From: Kiritimatiellia bacterium | GTDB lineage: Bacteria; Verrucomicrobiota; Kiritimatiellia; RFP12; UBA3636 | Assembly (NCBI GenBank): GCA_017648065.1 | Contig: JAGCJJ010000083.1 | Coordinates: 1 to 63,310 of the forward strand | Reading direction: 5' to 3' | Length of the DNA: 63,310 nt | Shown: piece by piece, positions 29,546 to 38,657 of the stretch | Layout: every line of letters begins with the position of its first letter | How positions within the stretch are numbered: position 1 is the stretch's first letter | Notes under the pieces: generated by a model | Databases searched by the model: none | The model's input: only the letters and a program-made list of their open reading frames with translations | Told to the model about the DNA's origin: nothing | Translations under genes and position numbers: made by a program

Positions 29546-29656
29546 GTAGATTGCAAAACTAAATGCACCTTTGTGCGACTAAACGCACCTGTTTTGCGAC
29601 TAAATGCACCAAAAGAGGTGCATTTACTTTTGCAAATTACTGTTGTGAAAATGTAT
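29546..29656 (+). repeat. right boundary element: expanded R (three tandem half-sites) plus X box
   Basis: 29546-29569 and 29611-29640 are identical to the two halves of 16026-16079. The 41 nt between them are two more ~20-nt units ending in gcacc. gttgtgaaaatgtat follows at 29642-29656. Confidence 0.85.
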
Positions 29657-29699
29657 TTGTTTATCATTTTATGATATGATAAAATACTTAGTATTTTAA

Positions 29700-30704
29700 A
29701 TGGGAGACTATTTATATATGTGTAAAGATACTAACAGTAATAATAAAATATCTACAAAAGAATTACTGAAGCGAGGTCTGCTAATCGCTTTGGCAATCGC
29801 CTCTTTATTTGTTTCTTCAGGTTTGGCATTGGCATTTGGTCTTGTATTTGCATTGTTATTCGGCTCTGTATGGAGTAAACCAGTAAAGAAACTATCAAAA
29901 TATTTACTTCAGTTTTGCGTAGTAGGTATTGGCTTTGGTATGAATTTAGTTGAATCACTAAAGTCAGGCAAAGAAGGAATGCTTTTTACGATTGTGTCTG
30001 TTGCAGTAGTAATGGTTGTAGGTATGCTATTTGCCAGAATGTTAAAGGTAGATAGAAAGGCAGGATACCTTGTTTCCTCAGGTACTGCAATTTGCGGTGG
30101 AAGTGCAATCGCAGCTACAGCTCCGGTTGTTAAAGCAAATGACAATCAAATATCTGTTGCGCTTGGTACTGTATTTGTGCTTAATGCAATAGCATTGTTT
30201 ATTTTCCCATATATGGGCTATCATTGGCTTAATATGAATCAACTTGAGTTTGGAGAGTGGGCTGCAATCGCAATTCATGATACAAGCTCTGTAGTAGGTG
30301 CTGCCGCTGCCTTTGATGCAAGTTATTTTGCAAATACATCTACACCTAATGTAGCTTTGGAAACAGCAACTCTGATTAAACTTACTCGCGCTCTTTGGAT
30401 AATTCCTCTTGCTTTAGTAACAATGTTTATCTTCAAAGAAAAGGGTAGTAAAATTTCTATTCCTTGGTTTATCTTGTGGTTTGTCGTCGCTATGATAATC
30501 AATACCTATTGTGGACTTCCAGAGTGTATTTCAAAATTTTTAGTGATGATTAGTAAGCGTGGCCTTGCATTGACAATTTTCTTGATTGGAACTGGACTTA
30601 GCGTAAAGACAATCAAGGAGGTTGGACCTCGTCCACTTGTTCAAGGTGTGCTTTTGTGGTTAGTTATTGGCACAATGAGTGCTGCAGTAATTAAATTGAT
30701 GTAG
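29700..30704 (+). CDS. YeiH/UPF0324 family membrane protein (putative sulfate exporter family)
   Basis: Polytopic, with the SSGTAICGGSAIAATAP motif characteristic of YeiH-like proteins. The start could be ATG 29718. Confidence 0.75.
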   Translation: MGDYLYMCKDTNSNNKISTKELLKRGLLIALAIASLFVSSGLALAFGLVFALLFGSVWSKPVKKLSKYLLQFCVVGIGFGMNLVESLKSGKEGMLFTIVSVAVVMVVGMLFARMLKVDRKAGYLVSSGTAICGGSAIAATAPVVKANDNQISVALGTVFVLNAIALFIFPYMGYHWLNMNQLEFGEWAAIAIHDTSSVVGAAAAFDASYFANTSTPNVALETATLIKLTRALWIIPLALVTMFIFKEKGSKISIPWFILWFVVAMIINTYCGLPECISKFLVMISKRGLALTIFLIGTGLSVKTIKEVGPRPLVQGVLLWLVIGTMSAAVIKLM

Positions 30705-30745
30705 GTGAATTTCGAAACGAAAGTTTTTTAATAAAGGAGTGTTGT

Positions 30746-32092
30746 ATGACTATTAAGGATGTTTTTGAAAATCCAAATAAATATAATTTTAATATATCTA
30801 ATCTGGGAGAGGCTAAGATAGATACTCCTGTTTGTAGAAAGAAGTATGTGGAGGAAAATGAGCGCGTGCTTATTTCTCACGATGTTTCATATTTGTCCAA
30901 AATCGTGCGTCAAAATGGCGTTGTCCCATCTTTTGAAAAGGCAGGTCCACGTAAAAAGATTTTCCATGAGCCAGCATGGTCAAAGGCTGCTATTGTTACT
31001 TGCGGAGGCTTATGTCCAGGATTGCATGATGTTATTAAGGGTATTGTTCAGACGCTTTGGTATGAGTATGGTGTGAAGCGAATTGTTGGAATTCGCTATG
31101 GTCTGGAGGGATTTATTCCTAAATATGGTCATGCACCTATGGAGTTAAATCCTGATGTAGTTGATGATATTCATACAGATGGCGGAACAATATTGGGCTC
31201 TTCTCGCGGAGGTCAGGATACAGAGCAGATTGTTCAGACACTTCTCAACCTCAATATCAATATGCTTTTCTGTATTGGTGGCGATGGTACATTGCGTGCT
31301 GCTCGTGATATTGCTGATGAGATTGAGCGTCGCGGTTTACAAATTAGCGTTGTAGGCGTACCTAAGACTATTGATAATGATTTGGCATTTATTGGAAGAA
31401 GCTTTGGCTTTGAAACGGCTGTGTATGCAACAGATCCTGTGATTACAGCTGCTCATGTAGAGGCTAAAGGTGCTTATAGAGGTATTGGCCTGGTAAAACT
31501 GATGGGACGCGACTCCGGTTTTATTGCTGCTTATGCTTCGCTTGCTAATTCCTTTGTTAATATGTGTCTGATCCCAGAGTCTCAGTTTGAACTGGAAGGA
31601 GAGCATGGTTTGTTTGCAGCATTAGAGCGTCGCTTTAATGCAGGTAAGACCCATGCCGTAATAGTTGTGGCTGAGGGTGCAGGTCAAAACCTGATTGAAG
31701 GAGAAGCAAATGTTGATGCTTCAGGCAATATTCTAAAGAAAGACATTGGTGAATTTCTAAAGAACAAGATTCAAGATTATTTTAAGAAAAAGGGTAATCC
31801 TGTTTCTATCAAATACTTTGATCCAAGCTACAGCATTCGCAGTGTGCCTGCATTAGGTACAGATGCAATACTTTGCCACCTTTTGGCTAAGAATGCAGTA
31901 CATGCAGCAATGGCAGGAAAAACAAATTGCGTAATTGGTAAATGTGCAGATATTTATATGCATGTACCTATTGCATTGGCAACAATTGAGCGTCAGAAGA
32001 TAAATGTGGACGACACTCTATGGCAGGCTGTGCTAGATACAACTTGTCAGGAACGCTACTTTGGCTACGAGCCAATTGTTAAAAGCAAATAA
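30746..32092 (+). CDS. pfkA: 6-phosphofructokinase (long, ~450-aa clade)
   Basis: TCGGLCPGLHDV, GGDGT, VPKTIDNDL and MGRDSG motifs. Confidence 0.85.
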   Translation: MTIKDVFENPNKYNFNISNLGEAKIDTPVCRKKYVEENERVLISHDVSYLSKIVRQNGVVPSFEKAGPRKKIFHEPAWSKAAIVTCGGLCPGLHDVIKGIVQTLWYEYGVKRIVGIRYGLEGFIPKYGHAPMELNPDVVDDIHTDGGTILGSSRGGQDTEQIVQTLLNLNINMLFCIGGDGTLRAARDIADEIERRGLQISVVGVPKTIDNDLAFIGRSFGFETAVYATDPVITAAHVEAKGAYRGIGLVKLMGRDSGFIAAYASLANSFVNMCLIPESQFELEGEHGLFAALERRFNAGKTHAVIVVAEGAGQNLIEGEANVDASGNILKKDIGEFLKNKIQDYFKKKGNPVSIKYFDPSYSIRSVPALGTDAILCHLLAKNAVHAAMAGKTNCVIGKCADIYMHVPIALATIERQKINVDDTLWQAVLDTTCQERYFGYEPIVKSK

Positions 32093-32137
32093 TGCTTATC
32101 TAAGCATCCGGACTCTGCCACAAAGTTAGGTGAAATA

Positions 32138-33094
32138 ATGAAGACAGACTTTGCCACAATAACAATGTCCCCAGCAATAGATACCACGCTGGAAATCGAA
32201 GCATTTCCTTATGATAATGCTGTGATTAAGGCTGGTAAAGAGGTGTATTCTGTTGGTGGTAAAGGGTTGAATTCTGCGCATTGGCTTTCTGTACGAGGTG
32301 CGAGTGTGCTGGTTACAGGTTTGCTTGGCAAGGAAAATGCAGCAGAATTTGAGCGTTTTATGCGAGAGAATAAGCTCGTGGATGAGTTTATTCGTGTTCC
32401 TTTATATTCACGCATCAACGTAATGTTTGTATCACCTTATGGCATGTTCAAGGTCAATCGCTCTGGCTTCCCGGATTTACGTTCTGAAGATTACGATATC
32501 AAGACAATTATAGAGAGCTGCCAAAAGGCACATACCTGCATTATGGCAGGCTCAATCCCTAAGGCAATGCCTGATGATGTGTATGCACAAGTGATTGATG
32601 CAATGCACTCGGTTGGTTCTGCAGCTGTTCTTGATGCATCAGGCAAACCTTTTGCACTCGGTTTAGAAGCTCACCCTGATGTAATCAAACCAAACAGACA
32701 AGAATGCTCTGAATATTTAGGAAAAACAATTTCCACAAAGCATGATATTTATGCTGCACTTGAAGCATTGGGCAAGAAGGCAAAGCTTGTAATTCTTTCC
32801 GATGGTGCAAGTGGCTCTTGGTTCTTTGATGCAGAGGGCTCAGGAGAAATCAAGTTTATGGCAGCACCTGAGGTTGAAGTTGTTGACACAACAGGTGCAG
32901 GAGATGCACTTTTGGCAGAGTTTTCATATAGGTATTTTGGGCTTGCTTCAGATGAGCGAAAATTGACGGAGGAGCTTATGTCCCACGCTGTTGCTGCAGG
33001 CTCTGCAACTTGTACGCTCCCTGGTGCAAGAGCACCTTCTGCCGCATTTGTAGATAATTTAGCAAAGAATTTAATGCTTAAAAAGGAACAATAA
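32138..33094 (+). CDS. 1-phosphofructokinase family hexose kinase (PfkB superfamily)
   Basis: TMSPAIDTT start, GGKGLN, C-terminal DTTGAGDA. The substrate cannot be assigned from sequence. Confidence 0.8.
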   Translation: MKTDFATITMSPAIDTTLEIEAFPYDNAVIKAGKEVYSVGGKGLNSAHWLSVRGASVLVTGLLGKENAAEFERFMRENKLVDEFIRVPLYSRINVMFVSPYGMFKVNRSGFPDLRSEDYDIKTIIESCQKAHTCIMAGSIPKAMPDDVYAQVIDAMHSVGSAAVLDASGKPFALGLEAHPDVIKPNRQECSEYLGKTISTKHDIYAALEALGKKAKLVILSDGASGSWFFDAEGSGEIKFMAAPEVEVVDTTGAGDALLAEFSYRYFGLASDERKLTEELMSHAVAAGSATCTLPGARAPSAAFVDNLAKNLMLKKEQ

Positions 33095-33095
33095 A

Positions 33096-34310
33096 ATGAG
33101 CTCAAAAATTGATAAATCAAAATTATCAAGACTCTCAGATATACTAAAACGAGATTTTGATGATGGACTAATACCTGGTGCCTCTGTAATCCTAATAAAG
33201 GATGGCGAGGAGGTTTTTTATGATGACGTAGGCTATGCTGATATCGAGGAAGGAAAGAAGATTAGCCGCGACACATACTTCCGTATGTATTCACAGACTA
33301 AGCCATACACAGGGCTAGCTGCTGCAATGTGTGTTGAGAGGGGAATCTTTTCTCCTCGTGAGCCTGTTTATAATTATTTCCCGACCTTTGCAAATAAACA
33401 GTATGAGGTTGATGGCTCAGGTGTATTTAAGCCTACACCACGCCCTGTGCTTATTTCGGATCTACTTAATATGACCTCCGGTATCTCGTATCCAAGCGAA
33501 TGGGATGAGGCTTCTCGTCAGGCTGGTAAGCTAGTAGAGGATGCACGCAAGGCTCAAAATGAGGGTGTCCCTTTCACAACGCGCGAGTTTGTTTCACGTT
33601 TAGGTGAAATGCCACTTGCATTTGCTCCAGGTGACCGCTGGGCTTACGGCTATTCTGCCGATGTCACTGGTGGTGTGATTGGGGAGGCAAATGGCTGCAC
33701 CTTTGGCGAATTTATGAAAAAAGAAATTCTTGAGCCACTTGGGATGACTCATACGGGCTTTGATATGCCAAATTCAGAACGCTACAAGCTTGCAAAGACT
33801 TATCGCCTTTATCCAGAGGGGCTACGCCCAGAGGGAGAGATTGCAGATAGGCATCTAGGTTTAAATGCTTACAAAGAGGGTGAGGTTTTCTTTGAGTCAG
33901 GAGGCGCAGGCTTTGTTTCTACTGTCGATGACTTGGCTCAATTCTCTAAGTTTATGATTAATCGTGGCAAATTTGGTGATACAAGGCTTATTTCTGAAGC
34001 TGGCTTTAATTGGTATACCTCTCCACAGCTAACGCCTCATCAGGCACGTACCTTCAACTGGCAGGATTTTCCTGAGCATAACTACGGAAACTTCATTACA
34101 ACGAAGATGATGAAGGGCTGCTACTCAACACCTGACAATGTTGGAACCTTCGGTTGGGGTGGCTGGCTTGGCACAAACTGCTTTGTTGACCCAGTAGAAA
34201 ATATGTCTATGGTATTCCTCGTTCAGCGACTATTTGCGGGAGATCCAAAGGTCAAGGTGACCGAGCTTTATTATCGCTTGCGTTCAGCAGCATATTCAGC
34301 ACTTGTATAA
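33096..34310 (+). CDS. serine hydrolase (beta-lactamase/transpeptidase-like fold), paralogue 1
   Basis: S-x-x-K motif (YSQTKPYTG). No signal peptide. The start codon follows directly on the upstream stop. Confidence 0.8.
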   Translation: MSSKIDKSKLSRLSDILKRDFDDGLIPGASVILIKDGEEVFYDDVGYADIEEGKKISRDTYFRMYSQTKPYTGLAAAMCVERGIFSPREPVYNYFPTFANKQYEVDGSGVFKPTPRPVLISDLLNMTSGISYPSEWDEASRQAGKLVEDARKAQNEGVPFTTREFVSRLGEMPLAFAPGDRWAYGYSADVTGGVIGEANGCTFGEFMKKEILEPLGMTHTGFDMPNSERYKLAKTYRLYPEGLRPEGEIADRHLGLNAYKEGEVFFESGGAGFVSTVDDLAQFSKFMINRGKFGDTRLISEAGFNWYTSPQLTPHQARTFNWQDFPEHNYGNFITTKMMKGCYSTPDNVGTFGWGGWLGTNCFVDPVENMSMVFLVQRLFAGDPKVKVTELYYRLRSAAYSALV

Positions 34311-34331
34311 TTTATAACGAATGAGGTAATT

Positions 34332-35534
34332 ATGAAGCTAGATGTTAAAAAGTTAAATTTACTTTCAGGATTGATGCGCCGTACCATTGATGAGGGGGAA
34401 TTACCAGGTGCATCTGTAATGGTAATCAAGGATGGCGAAGAGGTGTTCTTCGATGCTGCTGGCTATGCAGATATTGAGAATGGCGTGAAGATTGATCGCG
34501 ATACATATTTTCGCCTTTACTCCCAAACAAAGCCTTTTACTGGCTTGGCTGCTGCAATGTGCGTTGACCGAGGAATCTTTTCTCCTCGTGAGCCTGTCTA
34601 TAATTATTTCCCAACCTTTGCAAATAAAAAATGCATAATCAATGGAGAAATACGCCCAGCCCCACGTCCAATTTATATCTCTGATTTGCTCAATATGACA
34701 TCAGGCATTTCATATCCAGGGAATTACGATGAGCCATCACGCGAAATGATGAAGCTCCTTGATGAGGTTAGAAAGGCACAGGATAGGGGAGAGCGCATAA
34801 CAACTCGTGAAATCGTTTCTAAGGTTGGTGAATTCCCAACAGCCTTTGCTCCAGGTGATAGGTGGAACTATGGCTTCTCTGCAGATGTTGCAGGTGCAGT
34901 AGTGGAGGTGGCAAATGATTGCCGCTATGGCGAATTTTTGCAGAAGGAAATCTTTGACCCTCTTGAGATGAAAACCATTGGCTTCTCTATTCCAGATAAA
35001 GAAAGAGGAAAGCTAGCTAAGACATACATCCGCACACAGGAGGGATTGAAGCTCTATGGAGAGCTTGAAAATCGCAATATTGGCATGAATTCCTACAAGG
35101 AGGGACTTGTAGATTTTGAATCAGGTGGAGGAGGACTTGTTGGTACAATCGATTCGCTAGGAAAATTCTCCAAGTTCATTATTGCACGTGGCAGGGTGGG
35201 TAATGAGCGCTTGATTTCAAAGTATGGCTTTGACTGGTACACCTCTCCGCAGCTAACAAAGGAGCAGGCTCGTTCCTTTGACTGGGCAGATTGCTTGAAT
35301 CAGAATTATGGCAATTTCCTCAATATCAAGACAACAATGACAGCTTGCTCAACACCTGACAATGTTGGCACCTTCGGTTGGGGTGGCTGGCTTGGCACAA
35401 ACTGCTTTGTTGACCCAGTAGAGAATATGTCAATGATTTATCTCGTACAGCGTCAGTATGAGGGTAATCCTAAGGTCCACTATACTGACCTATACTACCG
35501 TTTGCGTACGGCATTGTATTCTGCTATAGTTTAG
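34332..35534 (+). CDS. serine hydrolase (beta-lactamase/transpeptidase-like fold), paralogue 2
   Basis: Collinear with 33096-34310 (YSQTKPFTG). Shares near-identical DNA patches with it. Confidence 0.8.
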   Translation: MKLDVKKLNLLSGLMRRTIDEGELPGASVMVIKDGEEVFFDAAGYADIENGVKIDRDTYFRLYSQTKPFTGLAAAMCVDRGIFSPREPVYNYFPTFANKKCIINGEIRPAPRPIYISDLLNMTSGISYPGNYDEPSREMMKLLDEVRKAQDRGERITTREIVSKVGEFPTAFAPGDRWNYGFSADVAGAVVEVANDCRYGEFLQKEIFDPLEMKTIGFSIPDKERGKLAKTYIRTQEGLKLYGELENRNIGMNSYKEGLVDFESGGGGLVGTIDSLGKFSKFIIARGRVGNERLISKYGFDWYTSPQLTKEQARSFDWADCLNQNYGNFLNIKTTMTACSTPDNVGTFGWGGWLGTNCFVDPVENMSMIYLVQRQYEGNPKVHYTDLYYRLRTALYSAIV

Positions 35535-35605
35535 TTAAAATAAATAATTATAATAAATTTCAGCCAATAGCTTTTGGTTCTATTCAATGTTTGGTAGGGT
35601 TTTAT

Positions 35606-37561
35606 ATGAATTCTCATAATTTCACAATTCAGCTTCGTTCAGCCAATGGAGAAAAGCTTTGTCTTTCTGCATCAGATGCGTCTGCTATTAACCAAATTGA
35701 TAATGATGTAATATTCACTGGCTTTGTAGAAGGAATTTCTGTTGTTGCTACAGCTACGCCTGTATCTTCAACGGAAACAGAGTGGAGCATCACTATTGAC
35801 AATCCATCTGATTATGCTATTGAGTGGGTTGATTATCCTTGTGTTAAGTGTGGAAAGCTAAAGCGCAATGGAGGAGATGCTCAAATCCTTTCCTCCTATA
35901 ATGAAGGTATTATTATTGAGGACGCCTTTGCGCGTGATACCTCATCCCCATTTCCTCAAAAGCAAGTAGAATACCCATCGGAGGGTGCATACTATATGTT
36001 CCCTCACATGCTATCGGCTCAGTTTATTGCATACATCGCTCCTGCTGGTAACATATATCTTGGTGCACATGATCCAGCACGTGGACCAAAATCCATTGAC
36101 TACCGTGCCACAGAGGAAGGAGTAGAACTTTTTGTTAAAACCTTTACCGGTGTATCGTATGGTGAAAATTATTCGCTCACATATCCAATAATAACAAAAA
36201 ACTTTGAAGGAGATTGGGAGGACGCTGCCACAATCTATCGCGATTGGTTTGAGGCAAATCTTCCAGCTGGTGCCGTCAAAATTCCTTTGAACTCTCGCTT
36301 GCCCAAATGGTATGAGGATTCTCCTTTAATCATAGCATACCCAGTGCGTGGTATCCATGATATGGATGAGATGACCCCTAATGCACTTTTCCCATATATG
36401 CAAGCAATGCCAATTATTGAAGAGATTGCTCGAGAGACCCAAACTCGCGTTATGGTGCTATTGATGCATTGGGAGGGCACTGCACCATGGGCTCCTCCGT
36501 ATGTGTGGCCGCCTTATGGAGGCGAAGAAAGCTTTAATGAATTTTTAAATAAGCTCCATGAGAAAGGACATCTACTGGGAGTGTATTGCTCAGGCTTTGG
36601 CTGGACAGAGCAGTCAAATCTTATTGCAGAATATGCTCGCTCAGCAGAGAAGGAGGGCTTGCTAGATGCAATGTGTGCTGGCCCTGACGGAAAGATTTTG
36701 CTAAGTAAAATATGCACCTTCCAGCGCTCAGGCTACGATATTTGCCCAGCCGCTGAGAAGGGGCGCAAAATATTGCGTGAGGCATATTCTCCGCTTTTCT
36801 CCTCTGGTGTGGATTATGCACAGATACTTGATCAAAATCATGGTGGAGCACAGTATTTCTGCTATAGCCGCGAGCATGGACATCCTGCAATGCCAGGCGC
36901 ATGGATGACTAAAAACATGCAAGAATTGCTAGGAGAGTGGAATCGCCTTGCTCCATCAATGCTAATGGGATGTGAGTCAGCAGCAGCAGAGCCATTTACC
37001 CCAAATCTATTGTTTAGCGACAATCGATTTGAACTGAACTACTACTTTGGCAAACCAGTACCGCTTTATGCTTTCATCTATCATGAGTATTTACGTAACT
37101 TTATGGGTAATCAGGTATCATGTCCATTCCCAGTACGTGATGGCACCCTATGTATGCGTATGGCACATTCCTTTGTAGCAGGCGATGCACTTACAGTAAC
37201 ACTAATGCCAAATGGAGAGCTGATGCCAAATTGGGGATGTCGTGATTTCTCTGCATTACCAGACAAAGCAATGCATCTAGGATTTATTAAGCGATTGATG
37301 GAGTTTTATCGCGGACCAGCCAAGCCATATCTATTCTCAGGACGCATGGTAAAGCCATTGCCAGTAGAATGTCCATCAATATCAGTAACGACAATCTTCG
37401 GCTACACTCAAGAGCTTCCAGCAGTATTTTCTACTGCTTGGGAATCTGAAGGCAAGCAGGCACAAATATTTGTGAACCACACGACAGAAGCCATCACTTG
37501 CCGATGGAATAATCAAGAAATTACAATCCCAGCCCTATCAGCAGAATTCCGTAATTTTTAA
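35606..37561 (+). CDS. conserved-looking hypothetical protein (651 aa), no signal peptide
   Basis: Long uninterrupted ORF with backbone-like codon usage. No catalytic motif recognised. The track ORF starts at TTG 35591. Confidence 0.7.
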   Translation: MNSHNFTIQLRSANGEKLCLSASDASAINQIDNDVIFTGFVEGISVVATATPVSSTETEWSITIDNPSDYAIEWVDYPCVKCGKLKRNGGDAQILSSYNEGIIIEDAFARDTSSPFPQKQVEYPSEGAYYMFPHMLSAQFIAYIAPAGNIYLGAHDPARGPKSIDYRATEEGVELFVKTFTGVSYGENYSLTYPIITKNFEGDWEDAATIYRDWFEANLPAGAVKIPLNSRLPKWYEDSPLIIAYPVRGIHDMDEMTPNALFPYMQAMPIIEEIARETQTRVMVLLMHWEGTAPWAPPYVWPPYGGEESFNEFLNKLHEKGHLLGVYCSGFGWTEQSNLIAEYARSAEKEGLLDAMCAGPDGKILLSKICTFQRSGYDICPAAEKGRKILREAYSPLFSSGVDYAQILDQNHGGAQYFCYSREHGHPAMPGAWMTKNMQELLGEWNRLAPSMLMGCESAAAEPFTPNLLFSDNRFELNYYFGKPVPLYAFIYHEYLRNFMGNQVSCPFPVRDGTLCMRMAHSFVAGDALTVTLMPNGELMPNWGCRDFSALPDKAMHLGFIKRLMEFYRGPAKPYLFSGRMVKPLPVECPSISVTTIFGYTQELPAVFSTAWESEGKQAQIFVNHTTEAITCRWNNQEITIPALSAEFRNF

Positions 37562-37682
37562 TAATCCGATGTAAATCCTAATGCTGCCACGCTTACTTCA
37601 ACTGCCGTTTTTAGGTTAAAATGAACTTTTTTGTGGGTTGGTTCGTTTAAGCTTATATAATAAGTATAAGAAGAACCAAAAT

Positions 37683-38657
37683 ATGCACGTTTTTTCATCA
37701 AATCACAAAAAAGCAGCTTTTACGCTAATCGAATTGCTCGCAGTATTAGCCATTATCGGTATTGTGGCTACTATCGGTATTGCCAGCTTTAAAGGTCAGC
37801 GCGATAAAGCTACACATACAGCTGCAGAAGCAGATATGCAGGCAATTCGTAGTGCCATCGTTGGCACACAAAATGCCTCTGCTAGCTATTTGAATGATAT
37901 GCAGCACTTGCCTGGCTTTACTCCTGTTTTCTTGCGTACTCACAATTTGCTAAGCAGAACAAATGTTGTTGTACTTACTTGTTCTGATTCCGGCAGTAAG
38001 AGCTTTCGTGTATATGATGATGTTGCAGCAGAAGAACTTACATCTTGCGCAAGCTTCTTTGCTTACACAAATTTTAATGCACAAACTGAGCGTGGCTGGA
38101 ATGGGCCATATGTTCGCAATGTGAAGCCAGTCTTGGTTTTAGGACAGCCTAAAGCTGATTTTATTTTCCCAAAACCAACAGATAAGCGCTTTACTGCCGA
38201 TAAGAGCTTTTATGAGCGTAGATTTTTCCCTGCTGGCTATGAGCAGGAATTGTCAGATGCAGAGGGCAGTGGAACAAGATTTTTCTCCTATGGTATTCCA
38301 GGAGAATTGGCTATGGGCGACCCTTGGGGTAACCCATATGTAATTCAAATTCCTCCTGCTGAGGTGGTTGAGGCTCTTTATCCTGCTTCTGCTGATGAGG
38401 ATGAGTACTCTGCCACAAGATTTAAGTATGCACGCATTGTTTCTGCCGGACCAGATGGTGTGCTTGATACTCCTTGTTTTGTAAATCCAGATCCTGATTA
38501 TTCTGAGGAGCTTTTCAATGCTTTAGACAGCAAAGAAAAGTATCGCATGCTTCTGCTTGCTGGTCGCACTATTGATGATAATGGACTTCCTTGCGTGAAA
38601 GCTCGTGGAGATGACATTGTTCTATTTATTTCCAGGGAGGATGTCTATGAGGAATAA
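37683..38657 (+). CDS. prepilin-type N-terminal cleavage/methylation domain protein (large GspG-like pseudopilin/pilin)
   Basis: MHVFSSNHKKAA|FTLIELLAVLAIIGIV class III signal with Glu+5. SAGPDG and GDDI motifs near the C-terminus, as in GspG. About 312-aa mature size. Confidence 0.8.
   Translation: MHVFSSNHKKAAFTLIELLAVLAIIGIVATIGIASFKGQRDKATHTAAEADMQAIRSAIVGTQNASASYLNDMQHLPGFTPVFLRTHNLLSRTNVVVLTCSDSGSKSFRVYDDVAAEELTSCASFFAYTNFNAQTERGWNGPYVRNVKPVLVLGQPKADFIFPKPTDKRFTADKSFYERRFFPAGYEQELSDAEGSGTRFFSYGIPGELAMGDPWGNPYVIQIPPAEVVEALYPASADEDEYSATRFKYARIVSAGPDGVLDTPCFVNPDPDYSEELFNALDSKEKYRMLLLAGRTIDDNGLPCVKARGDDIVLFISREDVYEE

Noticed and set aside
29551-29610. Three tandem ~20-nt repeats considered as a mini CRISPR array
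   Set aside because: The units are directly adjacent with no spacers and are imperfect copies. There are only three, and no cas genes are present. They are interpreted as part of the boundary element.
32749-33129. 126-aa minus-strand ORF
   Set aside because: It is antisense to the 3' end of the PfkB-family kinase gene, which carries the DTTGAGDA motif. The product is an Ala/Ser-rich mirror sequence.
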